Positions 13,835 through 26,109 of a stretch of 64,000 nt of DNA are shown here, one piece after another. Position 1 is the stretch's first letter. Each line of letters starts with the position of its first letter. The notes under the pieces were generated by a model, which saw nothing but the letters and a program-made list of their open reading frames with translations, was not told where the DNA came from and ran no database searches. Source of the DNA: Camelus dromedarius (Eukaryota); NCBI RefSeq assembly GCF_036321535.1, contig NC_087436.1:69752001-69816000 (forward strand). Reading direction: 5' to 3'. Position numbers and translations under genes: made by a program.

Positions 13835-14606
13835 GTAATACTGTTAAAATGATTTAACTACATCTATTCCTTTTTAGGTATTTTCTGCAGGATGAAAAAT
13901 GTATCAATTATACCAGAAATAGAAATTAAGTTCCTTATAGAAATGATATTTATTGTACCCTAAATAGATAACAAATTTTTTAAATTTGCAATTACTTAAT
14001 AAATTGGGAAGTAGATGAAAAAAATGTTGAAGTCAAAAGCTAAGCTCTCTGTGGTATCTTGGAAAGTATTCTTACATGTTAATATTATATGGTTATTTAA
14101 TTTCAACGTATAATTTGTAATTCTACAGCATTTTATTTTGTGTTAAATAGTAGCCTGTAACTATTAAATGATTGGTCCAACAAATTTAATGCATTTTTCT
14201 ATACACCCTTGCTTCAAAATTTTCTAATAACTTCTTCATGTACTCATATAATCTCTTGACTTGAACTTACGTGTTTATTGCTAAAATTAAAAGTGTTGTT
14301 TTTTTATGTGAAGATAAACTCTGATAGTTGTGCAACCCAGGGCTTAATTTGTCCCTAGTAAGTTGATTTGACCATTGTTGCTAGAATTTTATTTCATTTA
14401 CATACAAACATTTATTTTCAGCAGGTTCCTAGTGGGGTCAGAGTAGTTGTTGCTGACAACTGTAGGTCATTTGTTCAAGGGAAAAACAACTTCATTTATC
14501 TTATCAAATTTTATAGTTCAGGGTTTAGATACAAGTAAAGAAGGGAAATTATCTTATAATTTGCCCATATTTCACCTAAGCACACTGTTACTTTAAGTTC
14601 CACTAA

Positions 14607-14626
14607 ATAGATAGATGGTAGATATG

Positions 14627-14666
<40 letters not shown>

Positions 14667-14692
14667 CACACAGACACACAGACACACAGACA
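14607..14692. repeat. (GATA)n microsatellite followed by GACACACA-type repeats
   Basis: Direct reading. Confidence 0.9.
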
Positions 14693-16229
14693 AATATAGA
14701 TGGATAATATGCAGGCAATTAATCTAAGTCTTTATGATAGTCCTGCACCATGAAATGCTTTCATCTGTTTCTGTGACTTTCTGTGTGAAAAAATGTATTA
14801 CTTTTAAAAATTTTTTTACCAAAATTATACTGTAAAGACATTTGAAGTGGAATTTCAGAGATGTAGGGAAAATGTGAATCAGAGAATTGATGAATTTGAA
14901 TAGCATTGAATTAATTAATTCTTTAAGGAAAAAATTTAAGGAAGATGAAGCAAGGAGAACAAAGGAAAAATAGGAATTTTAACCTTATGTATAGCATAAA
15001 TTATAATAGTTTTCATTAGAAATGTGAAGAATAATCTCACAGAGCCTAATTTCTAGCTACATGGGGCAGATTCAGGGGGGTAGATTTCAAGCTGTCTTAT
15101 TCAAAAAGGAGGGGTATTATATAAATAGAAATTTTTAGATAAAGTATTATCCCTGGAGATTGTAAAACTTTTCCCTTAAGAATTTTCCAAAGTTGTTAGA
15201 CTAATATATATTTTCACTAAGACCAGGGCTGGATAATTTATATGTTTCTGAAATGATGGTACTATATGTTTAAAGCACTGTGCTTAATTTGTAGAGCTAA
15301 AAAGTGTAAGAAAAACACAGTCCCTCAGTGATGAAAGCATGTATGGCTTATGGAACTAAATATATATATATACTTCATATCTCACTAAGCATATTCAGAA
15401 CTGGATTATAAATATACAAGTAATCCTAAACATGCTTAGTAATATCTTATAAGATTCCATAAAATATCCAGAGTTTAACAATTTCTTAAACAGTCAATTA
15501 GGTCACGAGACTTCAGAAACCGAGTATTTCTGAGTGGCAGACAGAAAAATGTTTACAAAGCAGCTTTATACTAAGTAGCTTCTCTTCACTGAGCAAGTTG
15601 TAGAAATAACTTCTTCACAAAATCTAGGGAAAGAAATCATCAATGATTTGAAGGAATATTTTTAGCCTGCATGGGAGGATAATGATACAGAAAATAAGCC
15701 CCCCACCCCTTTTTCTCTTGGGTGTAGGACTGATGCCCAATAATCATCCTCTACATGGAAGGATTTACCCTTTAAATAGAGAAGCCAGTGTGTGACGTGC
15801 CTGTGAATGTGGGGGGAGGGAAGCGTGTGTCAGCATTTGTGTATACAATCATCAGCTAACCTGGCCGCACATGGAAGACGTAGCTAGAATCCATTTTCTA
15901 TAGGGATTTGAAGTTACACTTTAAAGTGCTGGGAGGTAAGGCCGAGATTAAACAGCAGAAGCTCCAGAGACGCAGACTTCAGGTCGGGAAAGTCACTTTA
16001 TAGTGATGTGACCTTACCCAAGTTATTTCATTTTCTCTCATTTAAGAGGTTCCTAAATGAGGTGCTTTGGGAAATAATGACGGTATCCGTGTGAAATATT
16101 ATTTACAAATGAGACTATTTTATTTTCCTTTCTTATTTTATCCTTCCTTCATGCTCCTTAATAATCAGATGATTTCCTACAAGTAAAAATTTCTACTTTA
16201 CTGAATTATGTTCATGTTTTTCCTCACAG

Positions 16230-16292
16230 AAATCTGCTATAATGAAATGCCTGGTTTTGATTTGTATTTTGAGCGTGCTTCTGCAAAGAACA
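16230..16292 (+). pseudogene. SCPP/casein-type signal-peptide exon (63 nt: 12 nt UTR + MKCLVLICILSVLLQRT) of an unrecognised gene or pseudogene
   Basis: ttttcctcacag| acceptor, ATG at 16242, 17 codons, |gtaagt donor at 16293; same geometry as casein exon 2. Confidence 0.6.
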
Positions 16293-17239
16293 GTAAGTAT
16301 AAGAAGAATCTGAGGGAGCCCTTTACCATAGCTTTTTAAAATAAATTCTAAGTATAAATTATGTATATGGTTAGATTCTGTATTAAGTTATGAATTCAGT
16401 AATTAAAAATAGGAACAAATTGCTTTGACTTAAATATTTAAAGAATTTTTAATCCGTTGACCCACTACCTATGTTTTACAAATGTAAATAACTTGCCATA
16501 TTGACTTGAGTTTTTTGAGTAAAAGAAATAAAATGTTTTTTGCCCCATGGAAGTTTCCCCTAGGGATTTGATTCTCTTTTTCCCCATCCCAGATGTAAGC
16601 CATTCTGAAGCTTGTGTATACGTTTCATTGGCCTGTTTACATAATTTTAGTATGCATATCTATGGCTCTTAAAATAAGTAAAAGGATTTTGTGAGGTTTT
16701 TAAAATTTACACAAACATGGCCTACAATATATTGTATATCATTCTGCAGCTTGCTTTATTCATTCAATATTTATGCTGAGATCTACCCAAGTGGATGAAT
16801 GGATCAATACTTTTACTGAAACTCATCTATGTCATACTAGACCAAATGTATGATGCTTTATTTCTAAATAAAATGAAAACTATATTTCCTATATGATTCT
16901 ATTTAGTTGATTATCCTTATTTAATGCCTTTGCAGATGGCCTAAAAGCACTATCAGCTAAAACATTGAGTACTCAATAAAATACAACAGTGTGTGTCTAT
17001 CTATATGTATATAGTAAAAATCTTAATCAAAATGTAAGTTAAATAGTATCAGAGAAAATACTATTTTCTATCAGGATCACAAGGGATAATCTTTATTTTT
17101 AATGATGACACAATTAGATAAATTGTAAAATCCAGACAGGATATTAGGCCAAGAAAAATGTATTCTATAACCATTCTGAACATAAAGTAGATACGTATAA
17201 ATATTGAATTATTGTGATATTTTGACTTTTTTCACTTGG

Positions 17240-17625
17240 CTGTCCAACAAACAACTTAAATATGACACTTGTCTAACACCCAGCAACTGACCTCCAGATC
17301 TGATCTCTGCCTTTTGTCTTCATCCTCCTCTCAGAAACTCAGAACTTCAGTCCTCCAGTTGTATGAGAAAAACATTTGCAATTATCCTTGATTCGATTCT
17401 TTCTCTAAACTCTCACATCGAATATGACATTATACTTTGCAAGTGCCAATTTCACAATACATCTTGAATCCAACTATTTCTCACTGCTCCTCCCCTGACA
17501 ATGCACTATCCAGGCCACCATAGTCTCGCTTGTGGATTTTTGCAATCGCTCCTAACTTCTCTCTTTACTGACATTCTTTACATCCCTTTAGCATGTTTTC
17601 TACAGAGTACTGAAAGGGATCATGT
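17240..17625 (+). mobile_element. L2 fragment (upstream of duplicated unit B)
   Basis: Same L2 region as 12840-13385 (cttgaatccaactatttctcac...ggatttttgcaatcgctcctaac). Confidence 0.55.
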
Positions 17626-18065
17626 CAAAGTCACATTTATCCTTCCAAGATTCTGTAAGTGAACCATTGTGTCTCATGTCCAAATTTAAAACAAGAAGAA
17701 GAAAGTCCTAAATAAGTGAACCATATGTTTAAGATTTATTTCTCCCAGTGAACGTGAATAAATCTACTATTCTACAAAAGAAAACTTTCACTTTATTTAT
17801 ATTGAGGAAGTGTTGCTTTTTGGCAGTTCAGAATACCTCTTTTTTTAAATTAGATAAAGAAATAAGGTAGACATCTATAAAGTACATTTCCAACTTGTCA
17901 TGCTGTGATTCCTCTTTATAACAGAGGAGGTTAAAGAATTTATTGAAATGAAAAAGAGTATGGAAGCCATTAATCCTTTGACTAGTCATATAAATTACTG
18001 GTGATGCTTGGATGAAAGCACTGACATGGTTGAAGATAATGACTGGCCATGAATTTTAGAAAAGG

Positions 18066-18136
18066 TTTATATAGCTGTAAGACTGGGCATTAGAGCTTTT
18101 CAGAATTCTCTGCATACCATCAATCTTGGAAGTAAG
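18066..18136 (+). promoter_or_regulatory. Second TATA (TTTATATA) + putative non-coding exon 1, unit B
   Basis: Paralogous to 13764-13834 at offset 4302; ends cttggaagtaag|gtaatt. Confidence 0.5.
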
Positions 18137-19142
18137 GTAATTCTGTTAGCAATAACTTTATTTCCTTTGTTCTCTTTAGGTACCAGGAAAGAAGAAAATT
18201 TATTAATTATACAAAAAATGGCAGATAAGTTCTTTGTGGAAAATTAAACTGATTATACCTTAAATGGACCTGAATTAATTAAAATGCAATGATTTGTGAA
18301 TTAAGAAGTAGCTGAAGGAGATATAGAAATTATACATAGCACAAGTATTGTGCATTAAAAGTGCAAATATGAAATATTAGCTAAGATTTAGTTACCATAT
18401 TTCAAAGAATAATTTGGAGTTCAAAAGCCTGAAAGAATTATCAATATTATATTACCAACATATTATTATTATTATTCACATGTATAACAGTTGATATAAT
18501 GTTTGACATAAAGGGTATTTAATTTAAAATTTATTGAAGACTCAAATAATATTCTCTTTGCTTTACTTTCATGATGTCATAATAGCAACCCTATATACTC
18601 ACATGTCATTTTTATAAAATGGGAAATGATTGTTAATTTTCCATGTGAAAGTAATCTCTGACAATAGTGCAATCCAGAATTTAATTTCTCCCTGGTAAGA
18701 TGTTTAAGCTCTTATCCTGGTATTTATTTCATCATTATTGTAAGAAGCATTTAAAGTAAGATGTTCCATATATCCACCAGTCTTTAGAAGGTTAAGATGA
18801 TTGTTTTAGACAAATGGAGAAACAAAAATACTTCCCAAGTGTCTTTTAAAAGTTGAGAAGGTGGAGATTTAAAGCTTATGAAGAAATAAGTAGTGCTCTA
18901 AATTACCCTTTTTCAGCTAATCTTAGATTACATTATTTAGATAGCACTAAAAAAAAAAAAAAAAAAAACCTCCCCAATTAAGCAATGTTATCAGATGTTG
19001 CTAATAGTCCTACACCACACACAGTTGGTCACACATCTCATTGTTTTGAATTTCTTTCTTTTCTACAAAATATTTTATAATTTTTTTCATATGCTTTGCC
19101 TGTGGCTCACCATGTGGAATAAAACTAGTCTGTGTATCTCAG

Positions 19143-19203
19143 GAAGAAAGCAATGCAGCTTCTTCTATTCATGGATTTTTACAGTTTTTTCATTGCAAGA
19201 AAA
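19143..19203 (+). pseudogene. Degenerate SCPP signal-peptide exon MQLLLFMDFYSFFIARK (donor lost)
   Basis: ctcag| acceptor, ATG 19153, 17 codons ending ATT GCA AGA AAA, like PRR27 (MKLLL...AFARK) and CSN2 (CTTGCAAGAGAG) as recalled; followed by tatagc instead of gt. Confidence 0.35.
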
Positions 19204-19931
19204 TATAGCACTGCTTTCATTACTCAAACAACAAATATATTCCTCACCAATATCAAAATTCCAGCCTCCCACTCCCTTTTTTCTTGTGCTTTTCCTTTTA
19301 CACATTGTTTTCTTTCAACTCCAAATCTTATGCAATATCTAAAAGACATTTAAATGTCAAATTTAACACAGTAAGAAGTCATTCATTATAAGATAAATCT
19401 GGATTTGAGAAGTATTTAAATATAAAAAATGTACATCTGGGTATTTTTTAAAATGTAAACTATCTACACAAATCATGAAGAGAACAAAAAGGCAAAACAA
19501 AGAAGATTGTACAAGAAAGATGTCTGAGGAATTACTAATGATTTCAACCCTTTCTGCCTACAGCATGAATAACTGGAGAGTGATTTATTAGCTCCCTCTA
19601 GATATATAAAAAATAGTGACATATACCTTACAGGAAACTAACCTCCATCTCCATGAGGGAAGGGATAGAATTAAATAATCTTAATCAAAATAGGAGAATC
19701 AAATAAATATATAATAATAAATATTACAAGTGGAATTTTGTGGATTTTGCTTTAGAAGGGTTTTAATCTCAACCCTTCTAATTCCTAAAACTGTCAATCA
19801 CTTAGCTTCTTTGAGTTTCAGATTTCTCATCTTCAAAAGGAAGATGATAACCACCCTGCTTGGAAATACGTGAGGTCTTCATGCTGAATTACTTCACTTT
19901 TGTCATCTCAAAAAGAAAATTACCTGTCTGC

Positions 19932-20019
19932 CTACCTGTAGATACCAGTTTGATATCAAATGACTTACCCAATATCTACCTGTAGATACCAGTTTGATAT
20001 CAAATGACCTACCCAATAT
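19932..20019. repeat. 44-bp tandem direct duplication, 1 mismatch
   Basis: ctacctgtagataccagtttgatatcaaatgac(t/c)tacccaatat x2. Confidence 0.95.
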
Positions 20020-20584
20020 CATGAAAGTTACTGGAGATGTGTTTGGGGTGTTAGAAGAGGAGTTCCTCCTCCCTACCGTAAACTTCTCTGCACCCACAGA
20101 TTTCATAAACAATCTACTTCTAGGAAGGTTTGAGGTGGGAGTTTTACCTTGCCTACCTATTATCCATGACAAATCTGTAAAGGCTTCCGAGCCTAAGGCA
20201 GAGGTTTAAAAGGTAAACTTTTAGCCTTCATAGCAGAGATGACTGCTACCAACACTAAAGAGTGAGCCAAGACAGAATGTACTTGAGGACCCAGAATTAA
20301 AATCAGCAAACCATATGGAAGAATGTTATTCTATTCATTAGCATAGACATTATAGTTCTGTTTTTCCTTAGCATTAAAATGATCACAAACATGATCAAAA
20401 TGATAATTATACGGAGCACCTGATCATAGAACAGACTCTGATTTTCTGGCAATCAGTATACCTCAGTTTTGAGCACAATATTAGCAGATGCAAAGTAACT
20501 TATGATCTACCCCTAAATGTAACAAATCACCTTTAAATTTCTTTGTTTTTAAATTTTTAATAAACTCAGATAAATATGCATAAA

Positions 20585-20830
20585 AGGTAGCATAGTATAT
20601 TGGGTTAGTAATTATATAACATGGATGCTGGAATCAGACAAAATAGGTTCAAATCCCAGGTTCAGTAATTAAAAACAGTGAAGCTGAAGACAAATTACTC
20701 CTCTGATGACGATTTTCTCAACTAGTATTGGGACAACACTAGGCGTTGACCTTATAGTGCTGTGAGTACCATATGAGGGTAGTACCACATGAGGGTATGT
20801 GCTGTATCTGCAATACAGTAAGCACCCACC
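20585..20830 (+). mobile_element. MIR SINE
   Basis: tggatgctggaatcagac..ggttcaaatcccagg. Confidence 0.6.
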
Positions 20831-21139
20831 AGATTCTGCTACTATTGTGTCATTTACATATCAATGGGATTTTTCCTCCAAAAAATTTCTTTGCTGTGTA
20901 AGTAAGATCAAACAGTTGAGTATGGAAAATATTCATTTATGGCTTAATCCTCTGACTTCCTATCTACAATACAAAAAAGAACATTTCCAAAAAGAGTCTA
21001 ATACCAAATTATTTCTGCTCTTCCATAGGAATAGACTTTAAAAATAAATGTTGGCTTGCCTACTGTTTTCCAGGCATTATCGTTGATGCTTTCACATAAG
21101 ATCTATGTTTTTTTAAACAATAAACAGAGGATAAACATT

Positions 21140-21660
21140 ACTGCAGTCAACCTTCACTCCTCTTTTTGTCACATGCCACATGTGAGACCTTTAGTAAATA
21201 ATAATAGCACTACCTTCGAAATAGATCCAGAATCCAGTCCCTTGTCATAATCTACACTGCAAATTACTTGGAACAACCACTATCATTTCTCACCTGAGTT
21301 TCACAGTAGCCCCTGAACTGGATTGCTTGTTCATTCTCCTCTTTTGGAATCTATTCTCAATACGGTTGCAATAGTAACTCTTTCAGAAGACTAGCCCTAT
21401 CTTGTCACTCTTTGCTCATAGCTTTCTAAGAGATTCCCATAACAAAATAAAAGTCAAAGTCCCTTCATGCGTTGGCCTCCTTAACTCTCTGACCATATCT
21501 CTCCTTGGTGTCCTCCACTCAATCATATTAGCCTCCTTGCCACTCTTCGAACCCAGTGGAGATGGTCTCAAATCAAGGCTTTTGAGCCTGCTGTCTCCTT
21601 TGCCTGGAATGCCTGTTTACTAAATGGTTTGCATCCTCACCTCCTCTGGGTATTTCCTCA
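21140..21660 (+). mobile_element. L2 fragment
   Basis: atccagaatccagtccctt...tgctgtctcctttgcctggaatgc. Confidence 0.6.
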
Positions 21661-21664
21661 TATA

Positions 21665-21837
21665 TAGGGTTGTCAGATTTAGCAAAAGTAAGTAAATGAA
21701 AACCAAGATACCCAGTTAAACTTGAATTTCAAATAAACAATGAATATTTTTAGTATAAGTATGCCCCTGCAATATTTGATACATACTTACACTAAAAACT
21801 TATTTGCCATTTATCTGAAATTGGATAATATCCTTAG
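21665..21837. mobile_element. MER53-like palindromic hAT MITE
   Basis: tagggttgtcagatttagcaaa...cccagttaaacttgaatttc; internal hairpin tttttagtataagtatg / catacttacactaaaaa. Confidence 0.8.
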
Positions 21838-22291
21838 GGAAGAGGAAGAGAAACTAGTCTCTGCTTTATAGCTCTTCTACTTAAAATAGTCCCTTAATTA
21901 CTTAAACAGGGTGGACACAATTTATGTGGTATCATTTTCCTACTAGTGCTCATAGTCCCCAGATTTAGGTAAACCAGAACCATTTACAGAATAATCTTTG
22001 GAAAAGGCCTATTCCTATTTGATTTTGCAAATACTTTCATATACTTGCGTGCACTCGCACACACACACCACACACACACACAGACAACTGACTACATTTA
22101 CTTTAAGCATTTTGCCTTCCTTTGTACAATTATGGTTGGTTGTCCCTCAACTTTCTCCAACAAAGGATCAAAGGAGAGTGAAATAACAACTTTTCCAAAG
22201 TGAGTAGAAGAATTAAGGCTGAAATGATTGTGAAGGATCATGGTTTCTTGTGAAAATCTGACTATAGTCAATTTTTAAATTGCTGTTAAAC

Positions 22292-23200
22292 TATCCATTC
22301 ATCTGTTGACGAAAACTTTTGCTGTTTCCATATCTTGACTACTGTAAATACGGTGAACAATGCTACAATGAACACGGGAGTGCAGATATACCTTCAAGAT
22401 ACTAATTTTGTTTCTTTTAGATATATACATAGAAGTGGGATGGTGGATCATTGAGCAGTTCTATTTTTACATTTGTGAGGAACCTTCATACTCTTCCGTA
22501 ATGGCTCTGCCAACTCACGTTATCCTCAACCATGCACAAGGGTTCCTTTTCTCCACATCCTTGTCTGCACTTGTTATCTTTTGACTTTGTGATAATACCC
22601 ATCCTAACAGGAGTGAGAAGATAGGTATCTCATCGTGGTTTTGATATGCATTTCCCTGATGGTTAGTGATATTGAGCATCCTTACAGATATTCATGGCTG
22701 TTTAACCTTAAAAAAGGAGAAAATCCTGCCATTTGTGAAGGCGTGGGTCAACCTGGCAGACATGACACCACATGAAATAAGCCAGACACAGAAAGACAAA
22801 TAAATTTATGATCTCATTTATATATGGAATCTAAAAAAGTCAAACTCATAGAAGCAGAGAGTAGACTGGTGGTTACTAGTGGCGAAAGGGTGGGGGAAGT
22901 GGGGAGATGTTGGTCAAAGGGTTCAAAGTTTCCGTTACAAGAGGAATAAATTCTGGAGACCTATGTTTAGCATAGTGTCTGTAGTTAATATTGTATTGTA
23001 TTCTTGAAATCTGCTTAGAGTGTAGGTCTCAAGGCTTCTCACCACTCATCACCCACACACACAATGGTAACTACATGAGATGATAAATATGTTAGTTAGT
23101 TCGATTGTAGTGATCATTTCACAATGGATATATGCATCAAATTAGCACATGATACACCTTAAATATATGTAATTTTTGTCAATTTTACTTCATTAGATCT
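22292..23200. mobile_element. L1 3' portion with inverted 5' segment (minus 22292-~22685, plus ~22705-23200)
   Basis: Antisense ORF2-end motifs followed by sense 3'UTR (aaataagccagacacagaaagacaaa, tatggaatctaaaaaagtcaaactcatagaagcagagagtag). Confidence 0.75.
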
Positions 23201-25483
23201 GGGGGGTGAGGGTGGGGAATGCAGTAAAATTAAGTGAAAGCCTTTCTGCAAGTCAATGAGTGGTGCCTGATAGCAAAGGAGGAGAAACTATGATAAGCTG
23301 GTTGTAATTGTGGCTAAAATCACCAAATCATTATGGAAAGGAGTTGACTCACCCTCACAAATGAAATGGAAAAGTAGTGCAATGCCCAGGAACAAGGGAC
23401 TCAAGTGTGACGTCTGCACATACCCTCATCTCCCTCTGATCGGGTTATTAAATGCTCAAAGGTGCAGGAATTTTCACATTAAAAATATGAGAAATACTTC
23501 TTTGTGTTGTCCAAATCCCTGAAGCCTCATTGTAAGCTCTATTTCTATCACAAAGTCTTCCTGAAGAAAGAAAACAAAGCCTCCAATGGTGGCTCTAGAG
23601 GGCAGATTTCACAACTTAAGGAGCCTGATACGGGGAAGAGGTACACATCACCACTTCAATTTTGTGCAGTATAATTTCAAATACTTATGGTAATAGTGGT
23701 CCTATTTAACATGGACCAAAAAAATCTCAGTGTTTTACCCTACAAGCAAAAATTAATTTCCCAGACACTGAATTATGTCAGTTATTTCCCAGAGATGTCC
23801 TATAAACCCTCCAAACACCTCAAATTACACACCTGGACATAGTAATAGAAATATTTGGCGTCTGTTTGCATAATTTAGAATGAAATGTTGCTTATCTAAG
23901 GATAGTTGTTCTTTAATTCCAGAAATCTTAAGAGTCAAGAAAATGACAAACACAAAGGACAATTTTTAATGACTCCATTTCCAAGAATAATTATAAAATA
24001 GTCAAGTGTCCTAAGTGTCCCCAGGCTCACACACCTATTCTCTTCTCCCACAGTGTATGTTCTAGTCCTTCCTGTTCTATTCTTATCTACACCTGTTCTT
24101 TCAAAGACGCCTTAACAACATGAGTGACCTTTTCCAACCACTTCTCCTTCCTGGGGGTGAACTGTGCTTCCACCTCTAACCTTCTGAGAGTCTAAGTCTC
24201 AGCACTTATTCGTTTAAGTAAGTGTTAAGGCTTTCTTGATCAAAAGGTAACATTTAAACAGTGCTCAAAAATTTGGTATAAAAAGACTGCATATGAAAAG
24301 AGTTGGAAAGTTCTGATAAAAATGAAATCACACTCTTGGGAAAAATTCTGGCAACAGTGATCAGGTGATAAACAGAACTCATGGATGAAGGAAAAAAAAA
24401 TCTGGCTCTTGAAATTGCCAAGCCACGTAAACAACTGACAAAAAAAAAAAAATACTGTTCAGTCATGCCTTTGGGTATGTACACAGGGTGACTGCCCCTG
24501 GTTTGTCCTTTGAAGCTTCAGTGGTGCAAATATCAGCATTGTCTGCGGGACACTAGGCACAAGCCACTGGGATCAGTTAAGGTACATCCAGCTCTCCTGA
24601 CTTTTCCTCGTGTCTTTGTTTGCCTTGGCTTTTCACAGGCTGACAAACAACGTGTCTCTGTTCTTGTCTGTGAATGTCTTTATTGATTCTGGGGTCACAT
24701 TTCCTTGAATTAAACTTTGATCCCTAGTATAAGCCTAGAATAAATTTGTCCTTTGTTGCCATAAATGGCTTTAGTCTATGTCCTTCTTGGTGGAATTCTT
24801 AAGGAAGTTGGCCACACCTCCTAATGTTGTCACAGGGATTGAGGTATCATTTTGTAATCTTCTGAGCTGACATCGAATTTCCTCTGGCACTTAACATTCT
24901 AAAGGCCTGTCCCATGTTAAAAAAAAAAAAAATCTAGATTTTTAACTGAGTCTCACTGAAAGAGATACCACCAGGTTGCCTTATCTTTCAAGTGGTCCTA
25001 TATATTGGCATTACTTAATAAACAGTAAAACTCAAACAAATAGCACCTATTCATTGCATATTAAATTTCAACAGATACAGAGCTCTTCTGGCAGAAGCAG
25101 TTTGGATATTTTCTAACTTTTTACACCACCATACTTTACATACACCTAAAAATACCAGATGCACATCACATTTATGATGACCAGTGAGCTCCATAGCCAC
25201 AAACCCATCCGGCATAAGCTGGCCCTTAGCCTTATAATCCGTAGCCTTCCCTATTCGTCTATATTATCCGGCTGGCTAAAATTAAATTTGAGGTATCTAC
25301 AGTTATTTTGAACGTATTTTAAGTGGTATGGCTCTTGCATGTCTAGAAAATTTAGAATGTGTCATGATTATATTACAATTACATAAATATAATTACAATT
25401 TATATCGTCTATCGGGAAGAAAAGAATTATACCCGAGGTACGGGAAAAAGAACAAACCTCTCTATGTATAGCCAATGAAGAGC

Positions 25484-25498
25484 GCGCCCTCAAGTGGT
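25484..25498 (-). promoter_or_regulatory. CTCF-like motif in a local CpG-retaining patch
   Basis: Reverse complement ACCACTTGAGGGCGC matches the CCAC/GNAGRKGGCGC core except one base. Confidence 0.55.
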
Positions 25499-25923
25499 GA
25501 CGCACAGATACTTCGGGCACTGGGAAACACCTAACGTGCTTTAAGGCTGACAAGTTTTATCACGTCATGGGCCCGTCCTGTGACCACTACGGCCATTACT
25601 GTTTGAGTCAGCTTTAAAATCTCAGTACAACTTTCTAAGTAGCTAAATGCAATCAGTTGTGACCGTCACTTGAGATAAAAATTTTTGTTCCTTTAATTAG
25701 CCACAGACTCATTTAGGTAAAACACCCAAAGGTAATCAGATTCACCAGGGACTTACTAGTAAGACTCATGAGTTCAGGTTTCTGATTTCATATTTTATTC
25801 AGTAATTTTCTTTACATTTTACTCATTCTGTGTTAACAGTTTGACTGTCCAAAGAACAAACTGATAGGAAGTAAAAAGTAATTCTGCAAATAAACCACAT
25901 CACTACCATATATTCTCTCTCTA

Positions 25924-25925
<2 letters not shown>

Positions 25926-25954
<29 letters not shown>
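25926..25954. repeat. (CA)n microsatellite
   Basis: Direct reading. Confidence 0.95.
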
Positions 25955-25957
<3 letters not shown>

Positions 25958-26109
25958 CTTGCTGGAGCATCATTTCATTTAGGGATGGTCACCTGGACTT
26001 ATTTTACAGATCATAAAACTAGGGTCTGGAAATATTATGTGGTTCATTTGAAGTCACACGGGTAACATACCACAGAGCTAGGATGGTCCGATGCCAATGC
26101 GGTACATGT

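Noticed and set aside
13860..13881. Acceptor-like ttttag|gta shortly after exon 1 in both duplicated units (also ~18179)
   Set aside because: The implied intron of ~43 nt is too short to splice; treated as shared duplicated sequence
19564..19600. Exon 3 of the unit B relic (cctacag|CATGAATAA)
   Set aside because: Stop at codon 3 and no clear donor; cannot be supported
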